DNA of 64,000 nucleotides from the human T2T-CHM13v2.0 reference genome, Homo sapiens, in NCBI RefSeq assembly GCF_009914755.1, contig NC_060947.1; one strand, 5' to 3'. Under the pieces are notes generated by a model that saw only the letters and a program-made list of their open reading frames with translations, was not told the origin of the DNA and searched no databases. A program made the position numbers and the translations under genes. This document shows, piece after piece, positions 16,752 to 30,409 of the stretch. Each line of letters begins with the position of its first letter. Within the stretch, counting starts at the first letter, position 1.

Positions 16752-16993
16752 AGATGTCTCTTTTCATGCCTGTTGGGTAATGGGGGAGTGTTGGCATTGG
16801 TAATTCAAGACTGTCCTTTATACCTTCTTCATTGCCTCTTCTGTAATAAGAAGCTAAATCCTGGTAGTGTGATAATTCACCTGGTTTTTGTTCTTATGAA
16901 AGTGCTTTTTTGTGTGGATAGTTATTGAATTTGGTGTTTCTGTGGAGAGGATAATTGGTGAAGACTTCTATTTAGTCATCTTGCTTTGCCTCC
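16751..16993 (-). mobile_element. 5' terminus of the L1M1/L1MA-like element continued from 5703-9445
   Basis: The minus strand begins GGAGGCAAAGCAAGATGACTAAATAGAAG; homologous (inverted) to 19560-19815. Confidence 0.8.
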
Positions 16994-17004
16994 TTCAAAG
17001 TAGC

Positions 17005-18370
17005 ATTTTAATCTCACCATCACCCATAACCTCACAAATAATGAATTCTAACACATCACTCTGTATCCACTACTTTGTTTCCCTTTAGCTCATCTGTGCA
17101 ACTACTCTCACTACTCTCCATTCACCCCAGATATATGTACACACCGTTAAGTCACTTATATTCTCCCTTTCCACTAAATTATTTTTGTATTTATTTCACT
17201 CTTCATCTACTTTATATTCCAGTCTATTATTGTAGTAATAACCTTTCTGGTACTCCTCACCTCGTTCTATTTTTTTATATTCCTTTGCCTCTTTTTATTT
17301 TTTTTTAAAACTAATATGTCTAAGCCAAAGCCTTGAATGATACCCCCACTTATTATTTTTTTATCCCACCACTTGGGCAACTAAGGTTGCTGAGAAAACC
17401 TTTCCAAATCGGGCAATTTAGTTATGTTAGAAATTTGTAATCACCAATGTCAGATAGTGGTCCTCAACTTTGTTCTGCAATGCTACTTTTTTTCTCTCAT
17501 AACTACTATTGCAATCTTTCTGCTCTAATATCTGTGCTTCCCTTCTACACCACTTGCACTTGTCTGCATTTATGTATGTTCTAGTCCTCTGTTTTTCATG
17601 ATACAATAGAGTAGCTGTTCCTCCTTCTTAAACTAACTCTTTACAACAATATAGTACTTTGACTTATTTCCCCTTTAGCCTTCTATTTCTTTTCACTTTG
17701 GCTTGGCTCTCTCATCTGAATATTCTCCCATTACCTGTTAAGTATGTTCAAATCTCTACCTTTAAACCAATTATAATTGAACCTTGCTTTTTAATTTTAT
17801 TACTCTTATATTCTCTTAAAATGTTCTAACTGTCGTTTTTACTAACTGACACAATAATCTCAAGTCATACTAACTACTGTTTCCACCCTAATGTCTTCTG
17901 TAACTGTGCTAGCACACAGTAGCTTTTGTTAATATTATCACTAATCTCTAAGTCACTAAATTTAATAAGTTCTATGCAGTATTTTTACTTGTATTTTTAG
18001 AATAATTATAGAATTTTGAATATTCTCTCCTTCCTAAGAAAATTATATTTTTTACTTCGTGACACATTTATCTTCTTATTTTTTTCTTTCACAACAGTAC
18101 ACTGTACCACCCATTTTATTTTGAATCCTCAAGGATCAGTTCTTTTCTCATTCTATACTCTCTCTCTCTAAAGAAGTTTACACATATTCTCTGCTTCAAT
18201 CATCACCTAAACACAATAAATTACACATTTATATCTCCAGTCACCGGGAAACTCTTGTTCTCTGAGTTTGGAAATGTATATTCAGCAACTTATTTGACAT
18301 CCTTATCCCTGCCAATTTCAGTTATCTATAAGCCAAATATTTGATTCTTTCTTACTCATAAAAAAATTTT
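17005..18370 (+). mobile_element. Ancient LINE-2 relic
   Basis: Pyrimidine-rich; 18130-18300 resembles the L2 RT 3' region (cttcaatcatcacct...tatatctccag...ctctgag...tatattcagcaacttatttgacatc). Boundaries are approximate. Confidence 0.6.
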
Positions 18371-18429
18371 ACAATTGGATTCATTATTCCTCCGACATTT
18401 CTCCTTTTACAAATTTTTAACTGACATTT

Positions 18430-19300
18430 TTTCACATAGGTGATTCTTCTATGACACTGTCTTTTTAACTGCTGAATCTCCTCTTCTCCAATACTGGTTC
18501 TTCCAACCTCTTTTAGCCATTCATTTCCATACTCACATCCTAGACTTTGTCATCACAATTGGAAGAAACCCATCCAGAATTTTCTGCATTTCATTTTAAA
18601 TACCTCATTTGCTCTTTTTCCAGATTACTCTTCTCATATCTAAACTCATGCAATTAGTCACATCCTCTTGAGCTTATAATTGATAAAAATTTTCAATCAA
18701 AATCATCTCTCTTTATCCTCACCGTTCTATCCAGATATTTTCTTCTTTTTCACTTCATAATACATTTGGTAAAATAACAACCCTATTTAAAAACAACACT
18801 TTCTGGCTGCTTCCAGCCTTCATCCACACAAATAAATGTGGTTGGAAATAAAACACAGAATATGTCAACTTTTCTTACCCTCAATTTATAACAAGTAACC
18901 CTATGTATGTCTACTAAATCTGGCCATAAATCATAATATATTTCTAATATCTAATTACTCTGCCTTTCTTAGACATTTTTTCCACATTTTCTTCTCTCTC
19001 CTCAGTCTGCCAACATCTCAGCTTCACTCCCACTTTTCCCTAATGTTTTTCTTCTTTTTCTTCGTATCTTTCCATTTCCACAAAAAATAGAATTAATAAG
19101 TGCCTCATTTCCACAAGCTTACAGTACCACATCTACCCATTTTCCATTACCTATACTCAAACATGGTCTCTTAAATTTCTAGAGATTAAGTGTTCATACA
19201 CCTACATGAGGCAAATACCTCCATGTATGAACTAGATTCCATGCCTTATCATGGACTCAAAATTGTTGCTATAGGAATTTCTTTCCTTCTCTCAAAGGAA
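18430..19300 (+). mobile_element. Second ancient LINE-2 relic (endonuclease-to-RT region)
   Basis: catcctagactttgtcatcac reads ILDFVIT, like the L2/CR1 EN motif TLDLVIT; pyrimidine-rich. Boundaries are approximate. Confidence 0.55.
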
Positions 19301-19393
19301 AGAATTTATGTACAATATTTTGTTCTATTTATCTATTTGTGTAGAGTCATGTTTTTATTTAGCCCATGTTTGAAAATAACTCTTTTTTTTGCC

Positions 19394-19394
<1 letters not shown>

Positions 19395-19439
<45 letters not shown>

Positions 19440-19490
19440 TTATTATACTTTAAGTTTTAGGGTACATGTGCACATTGTGCAGGTTAGTTA
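19395..19490 (-). mobile_element. Tiny (about 50 bp) L1PA2-like 3' tip with a (TTTA)n tail
   Basis: (ttta)n followed by ttatactttaagttttagggtacatgtgcacattgtgcaggttagtta. Confidence 0.88.
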
Positions 19491-19559
19491 TTTATTTTCA
19501 ATGATTATAATTTATTTTCAACGAATATCCCATTTATCTATTCTTTAAAGCAAAATTGT

Positions 19560-22500
19560 GAGAGTATAGAAATATGGAATAAAAGCCTACACCATTTGTC
19601 TCCCATGCTGGAAAATTAAATCTTAACAACTCTCTGACCACAAGAAAAGCACCATTACAAGAACCAAAAATTAGGTGAGTAATCACAGTACCTGGTTTTA
19701 ACTTCATATTGCTAAAAAAGGCATGAAGGAGGACAGGACAGACAGTCTTTAATTGCCAATGTCACCCCTCCTCCATCCCTCAGCAGCGGCCATGTGGCAC
19801 AGAAAGAGAATCTGTGCATTCTGGAGAGAGAGAACTTGGTGATGGGGGGGGGTCTTACATTGAACTCAGTGGTGCCTTGTCACAGTGGGGAATACAGACA
19901 TGCTGGATTCAGTCACTTGTGCACAGAGGAAACATTTGGACAAGACATAATCAGAGAAAAATTGCCCACACTAGTAGTCAGAGCTTAAGTTTCTCAGCAA
20001 CCTTAGCCAATGCAGGCTGAAGTTCTCTGAGGTCCTAATTAAACTTGAAAGGCAGTCTAGGACACATAGACTGTCATTCCTAGGCAACTCCTAGTCCTCG
20101 GCTGGGATTAGAGCTAGTGGATTAGGGTGAAACCTGACCTAGGGTCACACCAGCTGGCACAGCTAAGAAGGTGCTTGTGCCACCTCTCCCACAATCCCAG
20201 GCAGTGCATCTTGCAGCAGTAAAAGTGACTTCTTCCTTCTGCTTAAGGAGAGGAGAGTGAAGAGTAAAGATGACTATGTCTTGCATGTTAGATATCCGTT
20301 CAGGCACAGTTCATGGGCTTTGAGCTCTGAGATGTGCTGGCTTTAGGGGTGTTCTTACACATTCCCAACTGTGATAGTAATGGTAAAAGATGCCTTCCAT
20401 GTGAGAAAAGCAGAGGAAAATATAAAGAAAACTTCGTCTTCCACCTTAGATACCAGATAGACAACGGTAGGTAGAACAACAAGCAGCCTCAGGCCTGGAC
20501 TCTTGGACAGCGTTTATGGATTTTCCCTAAGTCAGAAGGCATTCCACTGCCCTGAAGGTGGGTCCTAGGCCTGGCAGTATTTATCACAAGCTGATGGAAA
20601 ACCTTGAGCTTTAAGTGAGCACCAGTGAAGGCCTGGAAAAACCACATAAACCAGTGGTCATGGTGGCCACCAAGAGATTCTCATCTGGCTGTGGAAAAGG
20701 AAAGGAAAAGTGGGAAGAACTTTGTATTGTGGTGTGAGTGCCACCTTAGTCATCATAGAATAGAGCATCAGGTAAACTTGTAAAGTTTTTGACTCCAAGC
20801 CCTGGCTCCCAGAAAACATCTCTGAACATACGCAGGGCCAGAGAAAAATTATCACTCTGAAGGGAAAGACCATGGGCAAGATCTAGTGCTGTGCTGGCTT
20901 CAAGTCTGACCTAGTGCAGTCCCACTGGTGATAGGGGTACTAAGGTGGTACTTTTATGATTCTGCAAAATACAAGAGCATTATTGGGTTTGAGGCCAAAG
21001 TCTCTAAATACATGAAAAAAATCTTTCTAAGAAAAACAAGCTCAGACTGAACTCTACAAAAAAATACTTAACTATTCAATTCTCAGACACCAAGAAACAT
21101 CTATAAGGATCAACACCATCCAGGAAAATATGACCTCATCAAATGAACTACGTAAGACATCAGGGACCAATCAAGGAGAAACAGAGATATAGTACCTTTC
21201 AGCCAGAAAATTCAAAACAGCTATTTTGTTGAAACCCAAAGAAATTCAACATAAAACAGAGGAATAATTTGAATTATAACAGATAAATCTAACAGAGAGA
21301 TTAAAATAATCAAAAAGAATCAAGCAGAAATTCTAGAGTTAAAAATGCAATTGACATAATGAAGAATGTATCAGTCTCTTCATGGCAGAATTGATAAAGC
21401 AGAGGAAAGGGTTAGTGAACTTGATGTCAGAATATTTGAAAATACAGTCAGAGGAGACAAAAAAAGAATAAAAAACAGTTTTCTGCACCTAAAAGATGTA
21501 GAAAATAGCTTCCATAGGGTAAATCTTAGAGTTATTGGCCTTAATTAGGAGGTAGAGAGAGAGAAAGAAGTATAAAGTTTATTCAAAGAAATAAGGGAAC
21601 TTCCCAAAACTGGAGAAAGATATCAACCTTCAACTATGAGAAGGTTATAGAAAACCAAGTGTATTTAACCCAAAGAAGGCTATCTCTAGGCATTTCATAT
21701 TTAAACCTTATAGGTCAAGGATGAAGAAATAATCCTAAAAGCAGCAAGATAAAAGAAGCAACATAAAATGAAGCTTCAATACATCAGTGGAGCAGACATT
21801 TTAGTGGAAATTTTACAAGTCAGAATAGAGTGTTATGACATATTTAAAGTGCTGAAAATGTAAAGACATTTTACTCCGTAATAGTATATCTGGTGAAAAT
21901 ATCCTTCAAGCATTAAGAACACCTTCAAGCATTAATCAACACCTAACCTGTTCTACAAGAAATGCTAAAGAGAATTCTTCAAACAGAAAGAAAAGGATGT
22001 TAATGAGCAAGAAGAAATCACCAAAAGGGACCATACTCAGTGGTAACAGTAAGTACACAGGAAAATATAGCACTGTAGTGGTGCTGTGTAAACTAGTTTT
22101 GTCTTAAGTAGAAAGACTAAATGATGAACCTATCACAAATAATAACTAAAACAATGTTTTAATATATAAACAATAAAATAAGACATAGAAACAACAAAAA
22201 ATTAAAACATGAAGAGAAAAAGATAAAGTGTCGACTTTTTATCACCTTTTTTGCATGTTTGTTTGCTTGTATATGCAATCTGTATTAAGTTGTTATCAGT
22301 TTAAAATAATGATTTATAAGATAGCATTTGCTAGCAGCATGGTAACCTCAAATTTAAAAACATGCAACAGACTCACGAAAATAAAAACCAATAAATTGAA
22401 TCAAAGCACCAGAAAAAATTACGTTCACTAAGAAGAAGATAATAAGGAAAAAAATCAGAAAGAGAAGACAGCAAAACAACCAGAAAAAAAAACTACAAAA

Positions 22501-25500
22501 TTACAGGAATAGTTGCCTACTTATCAAAAATAACATTGGTGCTGGACGCAATGGCTCATGCCTATAATCCCAGCACTTTGGGAGACAGAGGCAGGTGAAT
22601 CACCTGAGGTCAGGAGTTCAAGACCATCCTGGCGAACATGGTGAAACCCCGTCTCTGCAAAAATACAAAAATTAGCCGGGCATGATGGCATGATGGCAGG
22701 TGCCTGTAATCCCAGCTACTCGGGAGGCTGAACCCAGGAGACAGAGGTTGCAGTGTGCAATAATCACACCATTGCACTCCAGCCTGAGCAACAGAGTAAG
22801 ACTCCGTCTCAAAAAAAAAAAAAAAAAGAAAAGAAAAAAGTTGAATGTAAATAGATGAAATTCTCCAATAAAAAGACATAGAGTGAATGAATAGATGAAA
22901 AACCAAGACCCGGTGATCTCTCGCCTACCAGAAATACATTACACCTATAAAGATACACATAAATAAAAAATAAAGTGATGAAAAAAGATACTCCATGTCA
23001 ATGAAAATCAAAACAGAGCAGGAGTAGCTACACTTACATTAGACAAAATAGATTTCAAGAAGAAACTATAATAGAAAACAAAGAAAGTCCTTATATAATA
23101 ATAAAGGTGACAAATTCAGCAAGAAAATATAATGACTGTAATTAATTATATATACACCTAATAGTGGAGCACCCAGATATATAAAGAAAATTTTATTAGA
23201 GCTAGAAAGAAAGATAGACTCCAATACAATAATAGCTGAAAACTTCAACACCACATTTTCTGCATTGAACAGATCTCCCAAATAGAAAATCAACAAAGAA
23301 ACATTGGATTTAATCCACACTATAGATCAAATAGATCTAATAGACATGTACAGAAAAATTTATCTAGTGGCTCCAGAATACACATCCTTCTCAGCCCATG
23401 GAACATTTTCAAGGATAGATTCTATATTAGGTCACAAAACAAGTAATAAAACATTCAAAAATTGAAATAATGTCAAGTTATTTTATGACCACAATGGAAG
23501 AAAACTAGAAATCATTAACAAGAAAAATTTTGGAAACTATACAGGCACATGGACATTAAATAACATGCTCCTGAATGACCAGAGGGTTCACGACGGAATT
23601 AAAAACATAATTGAAAACTTCTTGAAGCAAATGCTGATTGAAACACAACGTATCAAATCCTAGATATACAGTAAAAGCAGTACAAGAGGGAAATGTATTG
23701 CTGTAAGTGCCCACATAAAAAAATGAAAAACTTCAAATTAATAAGCTATTGATGCATCTCAAATACTAGAAAAGAAAGAGAAAACAAACCTAAAATTAAT
23801 AGAAGAAAAGAAAAAGAATCAGTATATAAATAAATAGAATTGAAATAAAGGAACCAATACAAAAGATCAATGAAACAAACAGTTGGTTTTTTGAAAAGAT
23901 AAAATTGACAAACCTTTAGCCAGAATAACTAAGAAAAAAGAGAAGACCAAAATAAACAAAATCGGAGATGGAAAAGGAAACATTGCAGGGGATACAAGAG
24001 TAATTCGAATAGCTATTAGTGGTACTATGAGCAACTATATTTCAATAAATTAGAAAATATAAAAGAAATGTACAAATTCCCAGACACATACACCCTACAA
24101 AGATTGAATTAAAAAAATTAAAACATAGACAGATGAATGACAAATAATAAAATCAAAGCCATAATAAAGTCTTTTAGAAAAGGAAGGACCAGGAACCAAT
24201 GGCTTCAATGCTCAATTCTATCAGACATTTCAAGAAAAACTAATACCAACATTACTTAAACTATTCTGAAAAATAGAAAAAAAGGGAATACTTTCAAACT
24301 AATTCTACAAGACTAGCGTAACTCTAACACCAGACAAAGACACATGAAGAAAAAAAAATTACATGCCAATATATCTGATAAATATTGATGAAAAAATTCA
24401 CAAGATTATACAAATTCAAATTCAACTACACATTAAAAAATCGTTCATCAAGACCAAGTGAGATTTATGCCTGGGATGCAAATATGGTTCAACATATGCA
24501 AATCAATTAGAGTGATACATCATATCAGCAGAATATGATAATTTAAATTAATGTTGAAAAAATATTTGATAAAGATCAACATCCCTTCATTTAAAAAAAC
24601 CCTTAATAAAGTGGGTATAGAAGGAACATACCTCAACCTAATAAAGGCCATATGTGACAGAACTACAGCTACTATCATACAGAATAAAATAAAAAAAACC
24701 TGAAAGCATTTCCTTTTAGATCTGGGACATGACAAAAAACTTTCACCACTGTTATTAAACATAGTACTGTAAGTCTTACCCAGAGAAATCAGACAAGAGA
24801 ATAAAATAAAGGTTATCCAAATTGAGATGCAAGAAGTCAAATTATCCTTGCTTGCAGAAGATAAGACCTTATATTTCAAAAAATGTAGAGAATCCACCAA
24901 GAACCTATTAGAACTGATAAATTCAGGAAAGTTGTAAAACACAAAGAATCTATAGCATTTCTATATGCCAACAGTGAACAATCTGGAAAAGCAATAAAAA
25001 AGATAATTTGATTTACAGTAACCACAAATAAAATTAAATACCTAGGAATTAACATAACCAAACAAGTGAAATTTCTCTACAATAAAAACTACAAAACATT
25101 GATAAAGAGAATTGAAGAAGACACAAAAAGAAAAGATATTCCATGTTCGTGGATTGAAAGAATGAATATTGGTAAAATGTCCATACTGCCCAAAGCAATA
25201 TGCTGATTCAATGCAATCTCTATCAAAATACCAATGACATTTTTCACAGAAACAAAAAAAAAATTCTAAAATTTATCTGAAACCAAAGAAGACCCCCAAT
25301 AGCCAAAGTTATTCTAAGCAAAAAGAACAAAACTGGAGAAATCACATAACCTGACTTCAAATTATACTACAGATCTATAGTAGCAAAAGAAGCATGGTTG
25401 TTACTGGCATAAAAACAGACACATAGTTCATAGGAAAAGAATAACAACCCAGAAACAAATCCACATACCCAAAGTGAAGTCATTTTTGACAAATAGTCCA

Positions 25501-26916
25501 AGAACATATACTGAGAAAAAGACAGTGCCTTCAATAAATGGTGCTGAAAAAATTGAAAGTTCGTATTCATAAGAATCAAAATAGATACTCACTTCTTGCC
25601 ATGTACAAAAATGAAATCAAAATAAAGACTTAAATTTAAGACCTTAAACTGTGAAACTATTACAAGAAAACTTTGTGGAGGTACTCTCCAGGACATTGGT
25701 CTAGGCAAAAAAATTCTTGATTAATACCCAACAAGCACAGGCAAACAAAGCAAAAATGGACAAGTGGAATAATAAGAAGTTAAAAAACTTATGTATAACA
25801 AAGGAAACAGTCAACAAAGATGCAACAAACCGAATGAAAGAAAATATTTACAAACCACCCGTCTGACAAAAAGTTAATAACCAGAATACATAAGGAGCTC
25901 AAAAAACTCTATAACAAATCTGACAATCTGATCAAAAAGTGGGTAAAATAATTGAATAGAAATTTTCAAAAGAAGACATACAATGGCCAACAGGTACATA
26001 AAAAGGTGCTCAACATCATTAATCTTCAGAGAAATGCAAATCAAAACTACAATGAGAAAACTTCTCACCCCCGTTGAAATGGCTTATAGTCAAATGACAA
26101 GCAATAGCAAATGCTTATGAAAATGTGGGAAAGAAAGAACCCTGAAACACTGTTGGTGGGAAGGTAAATTAGTAAAATCACTACAAAGAACAGTGTGGAG
26201 GTTCCTCAAAATGAGAAAAATTGAGCTACCATATGATCAAACAATCCCATTGCTGGGTATATACCCAAAAGAAAGAATATTGGTATATCCAAGAGATATC
26301 TGTGTTCCCATGTTTGTTGTTGTAGCACTGTTCACAATAGCAAAGATTTGTAAGCAACTTAAGTGTTCATGAAGAGATAAATGGATAAACAAAATCGCAC
26401 ACATGTACATAATGGTGTACTATTTAGCCATAAAAAAGAGTGATGTTCTGTCATTTGCAACAAAGTGGATGGAACTAGAGATCATTAAGTGAAATAAGCC
26501 AGCACCAAAAGACAAAAATTGCATGTTCTCACTTATTTGTGGCATCTAAATATCATAACAATTTAAATCATCAACATAAAGAAAGGAAGGATAGTTACCA
26601 GAAGATGGAAAGGGTAAAGGGGAGGAAGACGGAGATGGAGATGGTTAATGGCTATAAAAAATAAAAATAGAATGAATGAATAAGACCTACTATTTGAAAG
26701 CAGAACAGGGTGACTATAGTCAATAATAACTTAACTGTACATTTTAAAATAATGAAAAAGTATAATTCGATTGCTTGCAACACAAAGGATAAATACTTGA
26801 GAGGATGGATACCTCATTCTCCATGATATCATTATTTCACACTGCATGCCTGTATCAAAATAGCTCATGTACCCCATAAATGTATACACCCACAAAAATA
26901 AAAATTAAAAAAATAA
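19560..26916 (+). mobile_element. Full-length decayed L1MA2-like LINE-1
   Basis: L1M1-type 5'UTR; ORF1 remnant (RIDKAEERVSEL...NLRVIGL); EN and RT remnants; 3' end catgcctgtatcaaaa...catgtaccccataaa...cccacaaaaataaaaatt. Confidence 0.9.
22540..22839 (+). mobile_element. Alu, AluS-type (Sx/Sz/Sq-like)
   Basis: Dimeric structure with cacctgaggtcaggagttcaagacc, A5TACA5 linker and A tail; inserted at the start of host ORF2 (ataacattg|aatgtaaat). Confidence 0.95.
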
Positions 26917-26929
26917 AGAAAAACGTAGC

Positions 26930-27556
26930 ATGTTTACAGACTTACAAGAACCTATCCAGAAAAGAAATAAACAGGACATTCCCTCCAAGGAGATAAAAGA
27001 GCTGTATGATGAAAACAATAAAACATTAATGAAAGAAATGGAAGAAAACACAAATAAATATGAAAATATCGTGTTCATTGTTTGAATGAATTAATATTGT
27101 TAAAAGTACATACTATCAACGTGATCTACAGAATCAGTGTAATTTCCATCAAACTTCAATTACAGTTTTCACAGAAATAGAAAACTAAATCCCAAATGTC
27201 ATGTATAGCCACAAAAGGCCCCAAATAGTCAGGAAATCTAGATGGAGCAAATAGAACAAAGCTGGAGGTATCACATTGTCTTTTTTCAAACTCTAGGAGA
27301 AAACTATAATAATCAGAACAGCATAAATACAAACACATGTGCTAATGGAACAAGAGAACCCAGAAAAAAATTCATGCATTAAATGAAATTGGGCCTTTAT
27401 TTTATATTTTATATAAAATTTAACTCAAAACGAATTAAAAACTTAGATGGAAGATCTGAAACTGTGTTAATACTAGAAGGAAATACAGGAGAAAAGCTCC
27501 ATTATGTGGCTCTGAACAATAACTTTTTGGATATGAGCCCAAAGCACAAGCAACAA
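26930..27556 (+). mobile_element. Old L1MA-type ORF2 fragment (host of the next two L1s)
   Basis: gaaaacaataaaacattaatgaaagaaat...; NSKRIKNL...LEGNTGEKL...FLDMSPK. Confidence 0.75.
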
Positions 27557-30395
27557 AAAATACTATAAACACCTCTATGCAAATAAATTAGAAAATCTGG
27601 GAAAAATGAATAAAGTACTGGACACATACACCCTCCCAAGACTGAGCCAGGAAGAATTCGAATCCATGAATAGACCAATAACAAGTTCTGAAACTGAAGA
27701 AGTGATGAATAGCCTACCAACCAAAAAAAAGCCCAGGACCAGACAGCTTCACAGCCGACTTCTTCCAGAGATAAAAAGAGCAGCCGGCACCATTCCTTCT
27801 GGAACTCTTCCAAACAAATGAAAAGGAGAGACTCCTTTCTAACTCATCTTATGAGGCCAGCATCATCCTGATACCAAAACCTGGCAGAGACACAATAACA
27901 ACAAAAACTTCAGTCCAATATTCCTGATGAACATAGATGAGAAAGTCCTGAATAAAATACTGGCAAACCATATAGCATATCAAAAAGCTGATCCACCACG
28001 GTGAAGTCGGCTCCATCTCAGGGATATGAGGCTGGATTAACATATGCAAATCAATAAATGCAATCCATCACAAAAACAGAAGCAATGACAAAAACCACAT
28101 GATTATCTCAGTAGATGCAGAAAAGGCCTTTGATAAAATTTAACATCAATTCATGTTAAAAACTCTCAATAAACTAGGTATTGATGAAGCATATCTCATA
28201 ATAATAAGAGCTATCTATGACAAACCCACAGCCAATATCATACTGAATGGGCAAAAGCTGAAAGCATTCCCTCCGAAAACCAGCACAACGCAAGGATGCC
28301 CTCTCTAACCACTTCTATTCAACATAGTATTGAAGGTTCTGGGTAGGATAATCAGGCAAGAGAAAGAAATTAAGGGTATTCAAAGAGGAAGACAGGAAAT
28401 CAAATTGTCTCTGTTTGCAGATGACACAATTCTATATTTAGAAAGCCCCATCGTCCCAGCCCAAAAACTCCTTAAGCTGATAAGCAACCTAAGCCAAATG
28501 TCAGGATACAAAATCAATGTGCAAAAGCCACAAGAATTCTTGTACATCAACAACAGAAAAACAGAGAGCCAAATCATAAATGAACTCCTATTCACAATTG
28601 CTACAAAGAAAATAAAATACCTAGAAATACAGCTAACAAGGGATGTGAAGGACCTCTTCAAGGTTAACTACAAACCACTGCTCAAGTGAAAAAGAGAGGA
28701 CACAAACAAATAAGAAAACATTCCATCCTCATGAATAGGAAGAATCAATGTCATGAAAATGGCCATACTGCTCAAAGTAATTTATAGATTCAATGCTATT
28801 CTCATCAAACTGTCATTGACATTCTTCATAGAATTAGAAAGAAAACTACTTTAAATTTCACATGGAACCAAAAAAGAGCCTGTAGAGCCAAGTCAATCCT
28901 AAGCAAAAAGAACAAAGCTGGAGGCATCACGCTACCTGACTTCAAACTGTACTACAAGTCTACAGTAACCAAAACAGCATGGTACCGGTACCAAAACAGA
29001 CATATAGGCCAATGGAACGGAACAGAGGCCTCAGAAATAACACCACACCCCTAAAATAATAGATTACAATTATTTGTATGGTTTTGACAAACCATACAAA
29101 AACAAGCAATGGGGAAAGAATTCCCTATTTAATAAATGGTGCTGGGAAAACTGGCTAGCCATATGCAGAAAACTGAAACTGGACCCCTTCCATAAACTTT
29201 ATACAAAAATCAACTCAAGATAAATTAAAGACTTAAATATAAAACCCAAAACCACAAAAACCCTAGAAGAAAACCTAGGCAATACCATTCAGGGTATAGG
29301 CATGGGCAGACTTCATGAGGAAAACACCAAAAGCAATTGCAACAAAAGCCAAAATTGACAAATGGGATATAATTAAACTAAAGAGCTTCTGAACAGGAAA
29401 AAAAAACTATAATCAGAGTGAACAGGCATCCTACAGAATGGGAGAAAATTTTTGCAATCTACCCATCTGGCAAAGGTCTAATATCCAGCATCTACAAGGA
29501 ACTTAAACAAGTTTACAAGACAAAAACAAATAATTCCATCAAAAAGTGGGCCAGGGATATGAACAGAAACTTCTTAAAAGAAGACATTTATGTGCCCAAC
29601 AAACATATCAAAAAAATCTTGACATCACTGATCATTACAGCAAATCAAAACCACAATGAGATACCATCTCATGCCACTAAGAATGACAATTATTTAAAAA
29701 GTAAAGAAACAAGAGATTCTGGCGAGACTGTGAAGAAATAGGAATGCTTTTACACTGTTGGTGAGAATGTAAATTAGTTCAACCACTGTGAAAGACAGTG
29801 TGGCAATTCCTCAAGGATCTAGAACCAGAAATACCATTTGAACTAGCAATCCCATTACTGGGTATATACCCAGAGGAATATAAATCGTTCTACTATAAAG
29901 ACACATGCACATGTATGTTTATTGAAACACAAATTACAATAGTGAAGGCACTGAACCAACTCAAATGCCCATCAATGATAGACTGGTTAAAGAAAATCTG
30001 GTACATATACACCATGGAATACTATGCAGCCATGAAAAGAAATAATATTATGTCCTTTGCAAAAACATGGATGAAGCTGGAAGCCATCATTCTCAGCAAG
30101 CTAACACAGAAACAGAAAACCAAACACCATATGTTCTCACCTCACTCACAAGTGGGAGTTAAACAATGAGAACACACGGACACAGAGTGGGGAGCAACAC
30201 ACACTGGGGCCAGTGGAGAAATAGGGGGTGAGGGGAGGGAGAGTATTAGGACAAATAGCTAATGCGTGCAGGGCTTAAAACCTAGATGACGGGTTGATAG
30301 GTGCAGTAAGCCACCATGGCATACCTATGTAACAAACCTACATGTTCTGCACTTGTGTCCCAGAACTTAAAGTAAAATTTAAAAAATAAAAAATA
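27557..30395 (+). mobile_element. 5'-truncated L1PA8-L1PA10-like LINE-1
   Basis: RT peptides ([26 protein letters not shown]); C-terminus [13 protein letters not shown]; 3'UTR ggcttaaaacctagatgacgggttgataggtgcag; A tail. Confidence 0.92.
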
Positions 30396-30409
30396 AACAA
30401 TTGGTTTCG

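Noticed and set aside
17075-17308. Host exons or small genes in the non-L1 island (also 19190-19548)
   Set aside because: These are low-complexity F/L/Y/I-rich frames over L2 relics and a TTTA tract, with no recognisable domain.
16751-19815. Inverted segmental duplication or palindrome formed by the two L1MA elements
   Set aside because: The arms are too diverged from each other, and the spacer L2 relics lie on the same strand; independent insertions explain it.
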